Assembly (NCBI GenBank): GCA_030753015.1
Contig: JASMDC010000029.1
Span: forward strand, 7,002 to 44,251
Origin: Candidatus Undinarchaeales archaeon
GTDB lineage: Archaea > SpSt-1190 > JASMDC01
DNA: 37,250 nucleotides
Reading direction: 5' to 3'
Under the pieces are notes generated by a model that saw only the letters and a program-made list of their open reading frames with translations, ran no database searches and was not told the origin of the DNA. The position numbers were made by a program, and so were the translations under genes. Below are positions 18,940-28,405 of this stretch, piece by piece. The first letter of the stretch is position 1. Each line of letters starts with the position of its first letter.

Positions 18940-21900
18940 ATGGCGACCTATATGACAGGAGCGGTGTCGGGGATGCGGGCCATATCGGCCTGTCTTCTCG
19001 TGCTCGTCCTGTTCGCCCCGTCCGCCCTCGGTATCCGCCAATGCGTCAACCGCGAATACGCTCCACCATGCCAGGGCGTCGATTGCGCTCCGGTAGAGCT
19101 GGGAACACCGCCGGACCTTACCTGGAACGATGACGGGTCGACCGTCATCACTACCGCCGACGAGGTCATCACTGCCAATGTGGGGGCCGACCGGGTCATG
19201 CGCGGTCTCATCATAGATGGTGGCGATATCCGTGTCGACGTCGGCGAGGACGGCGTACTGTCCCTGGACCTTGTGACCACCGACGGCCTGCGCATCACGG
19301 TGGAGCGGGACGGGAGCGTGAACCTGGAGGACGGCACCTACACCCTCACCGACAACACCACCATACGCGTTGTCAACGGGAAGATGCACCTCACTGAACC
19401 CCAGGTGTTCACGTCCCGCAACGTCAACGTCACCATCGGCAACAAGGGTATCGAGCAGGTCATCGTGGTCACTGACGAAGGTCATTTGGTACGCATCGCT
19501 CCAGACGGCGAGGTGACGTTCGACCATGGCTCCTACTGGCTGATGGACGGCACTGAGGTCTCCATCGAGGGGCGGAACGTCATCCTTCCGGAATCAAAGA
19601 CCTACTCATCGTCCGATGGTCTCGTCACCGTCACCATAGGTAACAACGGGTTCGAGGAACTGGTGCTCACACCCGCTGGTGGTGGCGAGGTGCGGATCAA
19701 CGCCGACGGCGACCTCAGTGTGGTGACGGGCGACTATATCATGGACGACGTGCCCTACTACTCCCCGGGCGGGAAGCTCCCCGAGGGTGAGCTGTCACTG
19801 GGCCCCGAGGCGAGCTTGGAGATCGAGTACGATGTGGCCGACCGGTTCGCGGGCACATTGCGTACACCGGCAGGAACCCTGGTCTTCAAGGACGGACGCC
19901 CCTCGGGGCGTCTCGAGCTCGTCACCAAGGATCGGACGGAGACGCTCACCTTCGAGTCGGGGACGGCCCTCGTGCATGCCCTCGAGGACAGACTGGCGGC
20001 CATCCTGGAACAAGCGCTCCACGAGACCGCCGATGAGATGGCGCAGCACGGAGGGTACACCCCTGAAAACGTCCCCGATCAGAACCTCGACGGTGTCCCC
20101 GTCCTCTTCAACAAGGGAAAGGTCACCAACATCCCCTCTTCGATTGCGATGGAACAGATGCTCGCCCAGGGAGTGAAGCGACGTGTCGAGGACAGGCTGG
20201 TCGAAGTGCGGCGCCAGCTCAGCGGGAGGGCTGATGCCGGAACACCCGAGGTGGAGGTGAACCTCGATACCAACGAGATCACCGCCATGCTTGTGCTCCC
20301 CCTGAACATCGACAGCGACGCCGAGCTCCCTTCGAGCATCCCCATACGGACGTCCGTCCCGCTCAGGCTCAAGCTCCTACGCGACCGGCTGGCCACGTAT
20401 CTGAGGGAGTACGCCGAGGGACGCAATATGGAAACTACGCTCCTCTCCCACCTAATAGAGGACGAGCGTATACCCTCGCCACCGGGCGCGATCTCCAAGA
20501 GCGTCGAGTGCGACCGCGGTGAAATGCTCGCTACCATCGGGGACATTGCACGCCCCGTAGGCGAGAACATCCACATCTCGGTGAACGAGGAGCTCGTGCG
20601 CGTGGACCGAACGGCCGCGTTCACCACAGACTCCGTCGGATGGGAGATGGTGCCTGTGGACAAAGGGGCCCAGCTCTCCCTCCTGGCCAACGAGGGCGTC
20701 AAGGACTATGAGAGCCGGGTGGTCATCGCACTAGTGCCCACTCCCGGGCCGGTCAGTGACACTTGCGTCGGCCGGTACTCCATCCAATACGACATCAGCT
20801 TCTCGGTTAGCGCCAGTGTCAGCGACAACTCGCCCGCGTTCCAGGTCAGGCGCGGCGATCCCGCCCGGCCCGAGAAGCATCCGCTCACCCTCCGGTTCGT
20901 CATGGTACCGCTCCTCCAGGGAGAGAACGTCAATGCTCTCGATGAGGAGGTGACCGCGCCAGAGGAGGCGGATGACCTGTGCACAGGTGCGTGCTCGGTC
21001 CACCTTACCGTCCCGGACTCCGGCTCGGGCACGGTGTGGATCGGTCCATGCAGCTTCGAGTACACCGGCGGCCGCATCGACCTGGAAGAGGCACCATGCG
21101 GTGACCACGAGCTCATCGTCGAGCCCGACGAGTTCGAACTTGATCGTCACCGGGAGCGGGTCTCCGTGCGTGATGTGCACCGGGCCGAGGTGACCCTCCC
21201 GCCACGCGACGCCGGTCCGGAGCGGCCGAGCGCGGTCACAGTCGACCTTGAGCGGGGGGACGGCCTAATCTCGTTCACCACGGGCGTGGGCAGCTTCACT
21301 ACCACCTTCGATGCCCGGGGCGTCATCGGCGGGACCGTGAGCGTAGGCGGTGGCGCGAACGTCCAAGTTGGACGGGGTCCATTGGGTAGGAACCTCGCCC
21401 AAACCCTGAACGTCGGTGGTCAACAGCTGTCCTTCGATGTGCAGAACGGCATCAGTGGGGCCCTCGGAGTCACTAAAGGCGGCAACTCGTACACGCTCGA
21501 TGTCCTCAGCGGTGTCGGGGCTGTCCAGATGACCACCGGGCCCTTCGACATGGCGTTCAACACCGCCGGTCTCGCCGATGCCTCAATCCAAGTGGCCGAT
21601 GACGTCAGCCTCAACATGAACCTCATCCCCGCCACGGGCAACTTCGGTGTGGGTATCGGGTTCGAGGGGGCCAACATCAACTTCGATCCAATGGCCGGCT
21701 TCTCCGGCGGGTTCGGCTTCGATGTCGGTGGCGGTCAGTTCGGTGTCAATCTCGGTGCTGGCGGTCTCGGTATCAACGCCAACGTGGGTGGTGAGAACTT
21801 CAACGTCGGGTTCAACGACGGCGCGTTCACCGGGGGTATCGCCTTCGGCGGCGGCAACGGTGGTATCAACATCGATCTGGGCGGCGCCGTCACCGGCTCG

Positions 21901-24900
21901 TTCAACACGCCCTTCGGTACAGCGAACATGGGCCTCACCGGCGATGGTGTCACGCTCGGCTTCGGTACCTTCGACATGAACATAGGTCTGGACGGTGCCT
22001 TCACGAGCAACCTGGCCGAGGGGCTGCAGAACCTGGGCCAGAGCGTCGTCGACAGCGTAAAGGGCCTCGTCGATGACGCACTATCGGGCAAGCTCACCAA
22101 CATCTGCGAACCACGCCTCCTGAGCGAAACGCAGGTCAGTGGCGCAGGTGGACCGTTCCTCGACCCCATGCTCACCGACTGCGATCTCGAGCGCACGGCC
22201 GACAACCTTCACGAACATATCGACAACATCATCGTCGATTACGAGAACGCGATCGAGTATCACACGACACTGGTGGAGAACCTCGAGTCCATCAGAGGAG
22301 GGTTCGAGGAATGGTGCGGGAACTGTGAATCGTCCATCAGCGGTTTCATGGCCAAGGGCTACCTGCCCTGTGGCGGTAAGCTCTCCATGAAGCCGACACC
22401 CAGCAAGGTCGCCTCCGATTCCGGGTTCAAACCCGAGATATGCGCCATGTCTGTGATGGCCCTGTGCGCACCCCAGAACCCGCTCACCGCGTGGTGCACC
22501 GCGGCCTCGTTCCCGAGCCCGCTCGGACTGGCCTGCCCGCTCTGCCTCACCCTCGACTGCGTGTACGGTTCACAGTGCATGATCGGGTTCCCCAACCCGA
22601 AGGCTGCCGGCGCCGCTGCTACCGCTGCAGGGACGGCGGCCAAGGGTGCGGGCAAGGCTATGATCGGTGGCGTCGCCGGGGCCGCCTCGTGCGCGGCACA
22701 GAGCGCCATGGGAGGTGCGGGTGGCGAACCGCCCCTGCCACAGGAGGAGCCCCCGCTCGAAGAGATGATCCCGCGGGAGGATTACGAGGAGCTGACGCCA
22801 GAGGTGCTACAGCAGCTGAAGGACCAGCCGCGCAACGGTACCTGCGTATGCGACGGCTCCGGTGGCCAGGTATGCGGTACGGACGGTCGCACCTACATCA
22901 GCCGATGCGTCGCTGAGTGCCTCGATATCCGGGTCGCCCGGGACGGCGCCTGTGAGGAATATTGCACCTCGGACGCTGACTGCGTCCCTGACGCCTGCTG
23001 CGACACCGTGACGGCCTGCTCGTGCGTGGACAACCGCTGTGTCGGGCCCGAGGACTCGGCCCCGGACCCGTGGACACCGCCGACGACCACGACCACCGCG
23101 GCGGAGGATGCAGTTGACGAGTGGAACCCGTCCGAGATCACCGTGGACCCGGTGGAGGCAGGGGTCACCGTGAACGAGGGCAATGCAGGGATCCCTATGG
23201 AGGTCTGGGAAGAGGCCATCCCCGACATGGGCGGCGGAGGCGGAGGGGACGATGATGGCGGAGGAGGCGGAGACGGCCCCGGCGTCAGTGTCACCGTGAA
23301 CATACCCATTGGCGAGATCGGCAACCTCGGTCAGCTCGGCGGTGGGCTGGGGAAGCTCGGCGAGGGCCTCGGGAAGATCGGCGATGGGCTCAACGCCATC
23401 ACCAAGCCCGTCCAGGACCTTGCCCAAGGAGTACAGAACGCGGTCGATACAGTGACGAAGCCTATCACGGACGCCATGCAGGGTGTACAGAACACAATCG
23501 ACCAGGGCATCCAGAACATGGGCGATGCTATCACCGGCGGGACCGGGGACCTCTCGAGCATGACCGGCGAGGCGGGAGGGGAGGCCGGCGGCGAGGCGGG
23601 CCAGCAGGGCGATGAGGATCCGGGTGTCTGCCTGCCGTTCAAGGGGAAGATGGCCTGCAACAGCATGGGCGCTCCGGCCGTGTACGACGTACCGCCACCG
23701 CCCATCGGCGCGCCGGTCATGGACCTGGGCGTCAAGGGCTGCATCACCCAGGGCGCGCCCATCACTTGCACGATGCCCGACTGCATCGCTTGCGAGACGG
23801 AGTGCCTCCCCATGTGCGGGGACGAGATAGGGTGCCCGGTATGCACAGGGCTCATGGAGCTCACCGAGATACCCAAGCGCGTGCCGCCCATCCCCGGCGC
23901 TTGCACCAACAATCACTGCTGCGGTACGCCGTTCTCCTGCGTCGACTACAACATGCCCGACCTCTGCGAGATCCCTTGTGGCTGGTGCGGTCCGGTCCCC
24001 TGTATCTGGAAAGCCGCTACGTGCTTCCCAGAGTTGCACAACTGCGCCGATGTCACCCAGGCGACCCTGGTAACCAAGAAGAAGCTCAACTCCATCCCGT
24101 CGCCCGGCGGTGTCGCAGAGTGCTCACAGAACGTGGCCGACCTAAAGGACGTGTGCACCGTTGAAGGTTCCAAGGAGCTCAAGTCGGGGATCCTGGACCC
24201 GTGCGAGATCGGCGACAAGCTGGACGTGGTCATCGAGGAGCTGCACGACCTAATCGACCGCATGAGCCAGGCCGTCGAGGAGCTCTATGACGTGTCGGGC
24301 CAGCTGGACTACGAGCACTCGCAGGGCTTCACCGACCGGCGCTCGGCCACTATCAAGGAGACGATCAAGCGCATCACCGATATCCTGGAGGGCGCCAAGG
24401 GCGACAAGGACTTCCAGATACGTCTGGCAAACTTCGTACGGTTGTTCCAGAACGATGACTTCCGGGGCGACATCTCCGAGAACGAGCAGCTCACCGCTGC
24501 CATGTTCGGTATACTGCCCTACGCCGAGGGAGCGCCGGGTATGGCGATGTGGATGGGCTACTGCATGGACTTCCAGCTCTGCGGCGGGTGCTCTGGAGGG
24601 CCCGTCCAGGCTGGATGCCTCGGCCCCACGTCCATCGGGAGCTACCTGCCCAACATCCTCGACTTCAGGGGCCGGTGCATGTCGGTGCCCGCGGCCACCG
24701 TGGTCAACGAGCGCAGCTTCGACATGTGGGGCGACACGAGCGCTCTGGACAACTTCGCCAACATCGATGCCGAGGAGGACCTGTTCATCGACACCCTGAA
24801 GTGCTACAAATACGACTCCGAGAGCACCGGATGGGAGAACCGGACGAGCGGCCAGGGCATACCGTACGACGAGGGCATTGAAACACCCGGCGGGGAGGTA

Positions 24901-26835
24901 ACACCGCCGGAATGCGTCGCCGCCTGCAGCGAGTGCTACGGGATCGACCAAGCGCATTGCCACGCTCACCTCGGCCTCTGCGTGTGCGAGGCCGGCGATA
25001 GGGACATCCTCACGTCCCAGTCCTGCGAACCCAGCGCCCGCGTGAGCGAGGACATGCTGGGATGCTGCGAGCGTCTCCTGTCTGTGGGCGCCGAGAGCAT
25101 CGACAGCCCCGGCGGTGAGCTATGCACGGGACCTATCCTCAGGGGTATCACGGTCGACCTCTGCTCGGACGGTTCCGGCCTGTGCTGCAAGCACCGGTTC
25201 AACGAGGTCCCCCTCGAGGGCAACTGCGAGGCCGTGGAGGCGGCAGGGGTCGGGACGTGCGAGGACATGTGCATGGACGTCTTCGACCGGGAGACCGCCG
25301 ACTGGTGCGCCGAGCGGTGCCCGGCGATCGACATCTCCTGCGAGGCGGCTTGCCTCGGGACCGAGGTGGACACAGAGTGCCTGAGCGAGTGTGTCCCGCA
25401 GCGGCCCCTCTCGTGCATGCAGGACTGTATAGCTGGCCACGAGGGCCAGGAGGCCGACTGCGTCCGGGCGTGCAAGGCCGTCTCGCCGCGAGCGGAAGTG
25501 GACGGGTACGTTGGTCGTTCGAAGGCCCCCGACGTGCCGGGACAGGTGTTCACCGCGGGGGACGCGGTCGTCGCCGGCGCAGTAGTGAACAACACCGGCG
25601 AGGTCCCCCTCATCGGCACCGCCCGTCTCTCCCTGGTCACCCTATCGGACTGCTCGTGCTCTGGCAGTGACTGCGCCTGTGAAGAGGATGTGCAGCTGGT
25701 CAGAGAGATACCGGTACGTCTCGGTCCGGGCCGGTCCATGACGATCCCGGCGCTACCTGTGGACGTCGGCCGCGAGGACGTGTCGGTCCAGACGCTCGTC
25801 GAGATCCTGGACGAGAACGGGAACGTAATCGTTTCCCAACGCGGCCCCATCTCTCATGTGGTGTCGTCAGGCGCCGTGACCGTTCGGGACGCCTACTTCG
25901 TCACATCGGGCGGGAGGAGCACCGAGGTGTACCCCGGCGCCCCCATCCATGGTGCCGTGACCATCGAGTCGAAGGCCTACCCCGTGACCCTCGATATCTC
26001 GCTGGTCATAGGTAGCACAACCGCCGCCGATTCGGTGGCGACGTTCACGCTCGCAGGCCCCACTCTCGACCGCGCCGTCGCCAGCGACTCCTACACAGCA
26101 CAGGACGCTGACCTAGGCAAGGTGCTCCGCATCCACATCAAGGTGACCGATGTCGCCGGCGCCGTGCTCCTCGAAGAGACCCTCGCCGAGCAGGGCATGA
26201 CCACTGAGACCTGCACCGCCAAAATGACTGAGTACTGCCTATCCAACCTCGGGAATGTTAAGCCGAGCTATCCCCTCGCTCATGCCGAGGTGCGACCGTT
26301 GAGCCTCACGGTCCGGGACGCGGCCTTCATGAGCCTGGGTGCTCGGCCCATCGCCGCCATTTTCGGGAGGGCGGACGTGGTGGCCATCGCCTGGGTCCGG
26401 AACATGCTGTCCGTCCCCTTCGACGGACGCATCGAGGTCAAGGTCGTGCGGGAGGGCGGCGCCGCTATCGCCACCAAGGAGACCTGGGCTACCGGGGACA
26501 GGGTGCTCGAACGTGGTGACGAGGTCGCCGTCCAGGTCGAGGCCTTCGGTGTGGAACCGGGCAACGCCTACTCCCTGCACGTGTTCGCCGAGGACAACGG
26601 GGGCAGGGTCTGGCTGGACGAGGTGCTCACGGACACGGTCTTCCCCAATGCGTGTCTGAGCGTCGAGGCACGTGATCCGTCCGCACAGGGTGGCGATATC
26701 AACACCGTGATCACCATCGGCACCTGCCGGCTCAGGGTCGAGTGCACGGGGTGTTCGTCCCTGTGCGAGCTCCATGTCGATCCGTCCGACTGCTCGCTAC
26801 TGCCGAAGAACTGCGACTGCGAGTGTGTGTACTGA
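18940..26835 (+). CDS. Family C giant secreted Cys-rich protein, copy C3 (about 2631 aa), with an inserted family A ectodomain
   Basis: ATG at 18940 (alternatives 18952 and 18973). Signal peptide ...MRAISACLLVLVLFAPSALG, then IRQCVNREYAPPC. Collinear with C1/C2 apart from inserts at about 19940-21230 and 23050-23620; ends CDCECVY*. Confidence 0.9.
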   Translation: MATYMTGAVSGMRAISACLLVLVLFAPSALGIRQCVNREYAPPCQGVDCAPVELGTPPDLTWNDDGSTVITTADEVITANVGADRVMRGLIIDGGDIRVDVGEDGVLSLDLVTTDGLRITVERDGSVNLEDGTYTLTDNTTIRVVNGKMHLTEPQVFTSRNVNVTIGNKGIEQVIVVTDEGHLVRIAPDGEVTFDHGSYWLMDGTEVSIEGRNVILPESKTYSSSDGLVTVTIGNNGFEELVLTPAGGGEVRINADGDLSVVTGDYIMDDVPYYSPGGKLPEGELSLGPEASLEIEYDVADRFAGTLRTPAGTLVFKDGRPSGRLELVTKDRTETLTFESGTALVHALEDRLAAILEQALHETADEMAQHGGYTPENVPDQNLDGVPVLFNKGKVTNIPSSIAMEQMLAQGVKRRVEDRLVEVRRQLSGRADAGTPEVEVNLDTNEITAMLVLPLNIDSDAELPSSIPIRTSVPLRLKLLRDRLATYLREYAEGRNMETTLLSHLIEDERIPSPPGAISKSVECDRGEMLATIGDIARPVGENIHISVNEELVRVDRTAAFTTDSVGWEMVPVDKGAQLSLLANEGVKDYESRVVIALVPTPGPVSDTCVGRYSIQYDISFSVSASVSDNSPAFQVRRGDPARPEKHPLTLRFVMVPLLQGENVNALDEEVTAPEEADDLCTGACSVHLTVPDSGSGTVWIGPCSFEYTGGRIDLEEAPCGDHELIVEPDEFELDRHRERVSVRDVHRAEVTLPPRDAGPERPSAVTVDLERGDGLISFTTGVGSFTTTFDARGVIGGTVSVGGGANVQVGRGPLGRNLAQTLNVGGQQLSFDVQNGISGALGVTKGGNSYTLDVLSGVGAVQMTTGPFDMAFNTAGLADASIQVADDVSLNMNLIPATGNFGVGIGFEGANINFDPMAGFSGGFGFDVGGGQFGVNLGAGGLGINANVGGENFNVGFNDGAFTGGIAFGGGNGGINIDLGGAVTGSFNTPFGTANMGLTGDGVTLGFGTFDMNIGLDGAFTSNLAEGLQNLGQSVVDSVKGLVDDALSGKLTNICEPRLLSETQVSGAGGPFLDPMLTDCDLERTADNLHEHIDNIIVDYENAIEYHTTLVENLESIRGGFEEWCGNCESSISGFMAKGYLPCGGKLSMKPTPSKVASDSGFKPEICAMSVMALCAPQNPLTAWCTAASFPSPLGLACPLCLTLDCVYGSQCMIGFPNPKAAGAAATAAGTAAKGAGKAMIGGVAGAASCAAQSAMGGAGGEPPLPQEEPPLEEMIPREDYEELTPEVLQQLKDQPRNGTCVCDGSGGQVCGTDGRTYISRCVAECLDIRVARDGACEEYCTSDADCVPDACCDTVTACSCVDNRCVGPEDSAPDPWTPPTTTTTAAEDAVDEWNPSEITVDPVEAGVTVNEGNAGIPMEVWEEAIPDMGGGGGGDDDGGGGGDGPGVSVTVNIPIGEIGNLGQLGGGLGKLGEGLGKIGDGLNAITKPVQDLAQGVQNAVDTVTKPITDAMQGVQNTIDQGIQNMGDAITGGTGDLSSMTGEAGGEAGGEAGQQGDEDPGVCLPFKGKMACNSMGAPAVYDVPPPPIGAPVMDLGVKGCITQGAPITCTMPDCIACETECLPMCGDEIGCPVCTGLMELTEIPKRVPPIPGACTNNHCCGTPFSCVDYNMPDLCEIPCGWCGPVPCIWKAATCFPELHNCADVTQATLVTKKKLNSIPSPGGVAECSQNVADLKDVCTVEGSKELKSGILDPCEIGDKLDVVIEELHDLIDRMSQAVEELYDVSGQLDYEHSQGFTDRRSATIKETIKRITDILEGAKGDKDFQIRLANFVRLFQNDDFRGDISENEQLTAAMFGILPYAEGAPGMAMWMGYCMDFQLCGGCSGGPVQAGCLGPTSIGSYLPNILDFRGRCMSVPAATVVNERSFDMWGDTSALDNFANIDAEEDLFIDTLKCYKYDSESTGWENRTSGQGIPYDEGIETPGGEVTPPECVAACSECYGIDQAHCHAHLGLCVCEAGDRDILTSQSCEPSARVSEDMLGCCERLLSVGAESIDSPGGELCTGPILRGITVDLCSDGSGLCCKHRFNEVPLEGNCEAVEAAGVGTCEDMCMDVFDRETADWCAERCPAIDISCEAACLGTEVDTECLSECVPQRPLSCMQDCIAGHEGQEADCVRACKAVSPRAEVDGYVGRSKAPDVPGQVFTAGDAVVAGAVVNNTGEVPLIGTARLSLVTLSDCSCSGSDCACEEDVQLVREIPVRLGPGRSMTIPALPVDVGREDVSVQTLVEILDENGNVIVSQRGPISHVVSSGAVTVRDAYFVTSGGRSTEVYPGAPIHGAVTIESKAYPVTLDISLVIGSTTAADSVATFTLAGPTLDRAVASDSYTAQDADLGKVLRIHIKVTDVAGAVLLEETLAEQGMTTETCTAKMTEYCLSNLGNVKPSYPLAHAEVRPLSLTVRDAAFMSLGARPIAAIFGRADVVAIAWVRNMLSVPFDGRIEVKVVREGGAAIATKETWATGDRVLERGDEVAVQVEAFGVEPGNAYSLHVFAEDNGGRVWLDEVLTDTVFPNACLSVEARDPSAQGGDINTVITIGTCRLRVECTGCSSLCELHVDPSDCSLLPKNCDCECVY

Positions 26836-26852
26836 GCACGTATGCGTACTGC

Positions 26853-27506
26853 CTATTGCAGGTGTACCGTTACCTCGACCTCGTCCCCGTCATCGATCCC
26901 GAGGACTTCGCGGAGCCGGTCCGCGGCGATGATCTCGATCACGTCGGTGCGGTGCGTACGTTCGGGCATCACCACTGCGCACGGGATGTCGCGTAGGGAT
27001 GCGCGAAGGACACGGACCGCCCCGAACGAGCGTTCCTCGCCCGTGTACCCCGGGAGCATGTCACCCGCCCCGCCCGTTAGCCCGTCCACCCGGAACGGCT
27101 CGTTGGGAACTACGTTGAGAGTGCCCGGGTAGGGCGTGAACCCGACCAGAGTGGCCAGGCCCTCCCGGTAGCCCTTGCGAGAGAGGTAGTAAGCACCCTC
27201 CCCCATACCGGACGCGATCCGTCCTTTGATGACGACGGTCCCGGGCTTTCCTGTGATAATGCCCTCGAGCTCCTGCTGGAGGGCCTTCAGTCGACCACGG
27301 CCGGCCGTGGTGAGCCGGATCCGCTGTACCCTGCCGACCAACTCGCGCTTCACGAGGCCTCCCTGTTCCAGCTCGATGAGGTACCGGGAAGCGCTCTGCT
27401 GCGATCGTCCCAGGGCCTGGCCGAGCCGTCTGGAGGGCATCAAGACGAATCCCCGATATCCGCCCAATCGAGCGATTGCGATGATAGCGGCCAGTTCGAA
27501 TCCCAC
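26853..27506 (-). CDS. ribK: CTP-dependent riboflavin kinase with N-terminal winged HTH (RbkR-type)
   Basis: HTH segment LGRSQQSASRYLIELEQGGLV. Archaeal RibK motifs GRIASGMGEGAYY, GFTPYPGTLNV, SFGAV, PERTH and EIIA..LR..LGIDDGDEV. Confidence 0.93.
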   Translation of the reverse strand: MGFELAAIIAIARLGGYRGFVLMPSRRLGQALGRSQQSASRYLIELEQGGLVKRELVGRVQRIRLTTAGRGRLKALQQELEGIITGKPGTVVIKGRIASGMGEGAYYLSRKGYREGLATLVGFTPYPGTLNVVPNEPFRVDGLTGGAGDMLPGYTGEERSFGAVRVLRASLRDIPCAVVMPERTHRTDVIEIIAADRLREVLGIDDGDEVEVTVHLQ

Positions 27507-27529
27507 GTCACGCGGGGAGCGGGGAGAAT

Positions 27530-27537
27530 TTAATTAA
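27530..27537. promoter_or_regulatory. Palindromic TATA-like box (TTAATTAA) shared by divergent ribK and mtd
   Basis: The only AT-rich patch in a 53-bp divergent spacer, about 23-24 bp from each GTG start. Confidence 0.6.
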
Positions 27538-27559
27538 CTTTGCGGCGTTCATCCTGGAC

Positions 27560-28405
27560 GTGAACGCCATGGACCGGCTCAGGCTCCTCTTTCTCAAGAC
27601 AGGCAACATCGGGGCCTCCACCCTCATCGAGCACATCATCGATGAGCGGGCCACCCGCCAGGACATCGAGGTCCGGGTGGTCGGCAGCGGCTCGCGCCTC
27701 GATCCCGCCTCGGTGGTGTGGCCGACGGACATCGCCCTCAACGCCCGAGCGAACCTTGTGGTGTACGTCACCCCCAACGCCTCGCTCCCGGGTCCCATGG
27801 ACGTCATCAAGGCGATCCGGTCCGCGGACATCCCGCTCATAGTCATCAGTGACGGTCCTGCCGTCAAGGCGCGCGAGGCGTTCGAGGAGCTGGGTGCCGG
27901 GTACATCCTCCTACACGTCGATCCCATGATCGGTGCACGCTCGGACCTGCTCGACCCGACCGAGATGGTGCTCTTCAATGCTGACGTGCTCAAGGTGCTG
28001 GCCGCCTGCGGGGTCGTCCGAACGCTCGCGAGGGAGCTCGATGCCGTCATCGAACACCTCAAGGTCGGGGACGCCACCCTACCACGGACGGTCATCGACC
28101 ACCACCTCCCGATGACCCTGGACGAGTTCTCTAACCCCTATGCACGCGCTAAGGCCATCGCCGCCCTGGACATGGCCTCGCGGGTCGGGCGGCTTGACGT
28201 GGAGGGATGCTTCATGGAGAAGGAGCCTGCCCGCTACCTCCCGCTCATCGCGGGAGCACATGAGCTCATGCGCGGTGCGGCCCTCCTGGCCGACGAGATA
28301 CGGGAGCTGGAGAAGGCCGACGACGCTCTTTTACGCACCCCGCACCGGCGTGACGGTGTGGTGGCCAAGAAACGTCCCCTGGACGAGCGGCCGGTTTCCC
28401 CGTGA
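27560..28405 (+). CDS. mtd: F420-dependent methylene-tetrahydromethanopterin dehydrogenase
   Basis: Motifs KTGNIG, DERA..DIEVRVVGSG, PNASLPGP, DPMIGAR..LDPTEMVLFNADVLKVLA, FSNPYARAKA, DVEGCF, AHELMR and RTPH. Start is GTG 27560 or ATG 27569. Confidence 0.93.
   Translation: MNAMDRLRLLFLKTGNIGASTLIEHIIDERATRQDIEVRVVGSGSRLDPASVVWPTDIALNARANLVVYVTPNASLPGPMDVIKAIRSADIPLIVISDGPAVKAREAFEELGAGYILLHVDPMIGARSDLLDPTEMVLFNADVLKVLAACGVVRTLARELDAVIEHLKVGDATLPRTVIDHHLPMTLDEFSNPYARAKAIAALDMASRVGRLDVEGCFMEKEPARYLPLIAGAHELMRGAALLADEIRELEKADDALLRTPHRRDGVVAKKRPLDERPVSP

Noticed and set aside
19940-21230. C3 insert as an intein or mobile element
   Set aside because: No Cys/Ser start with His-Asn end, no endonuclease or transposase motifs and no terminal repeats. 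It is homologous to family A instead.
22490-24700. Faint resemblance of C3 segments (NILDFRGRCMS, FPNPKAAGAAATAAG) to PAAR-like DUF4280 spike proteins
   Set aside because: The matches are short, scattered over more than 600 aa, out of order and poorly kept in C1. An HHpred search would be needed to support it.
6292-26835. Giant proteins as multiheme cytochromes
   Set aside because: There are many CxxC pairs but I found no CxxCH heme-binding motifs. HCHAH is not preceded by CxxC in the required spacing.
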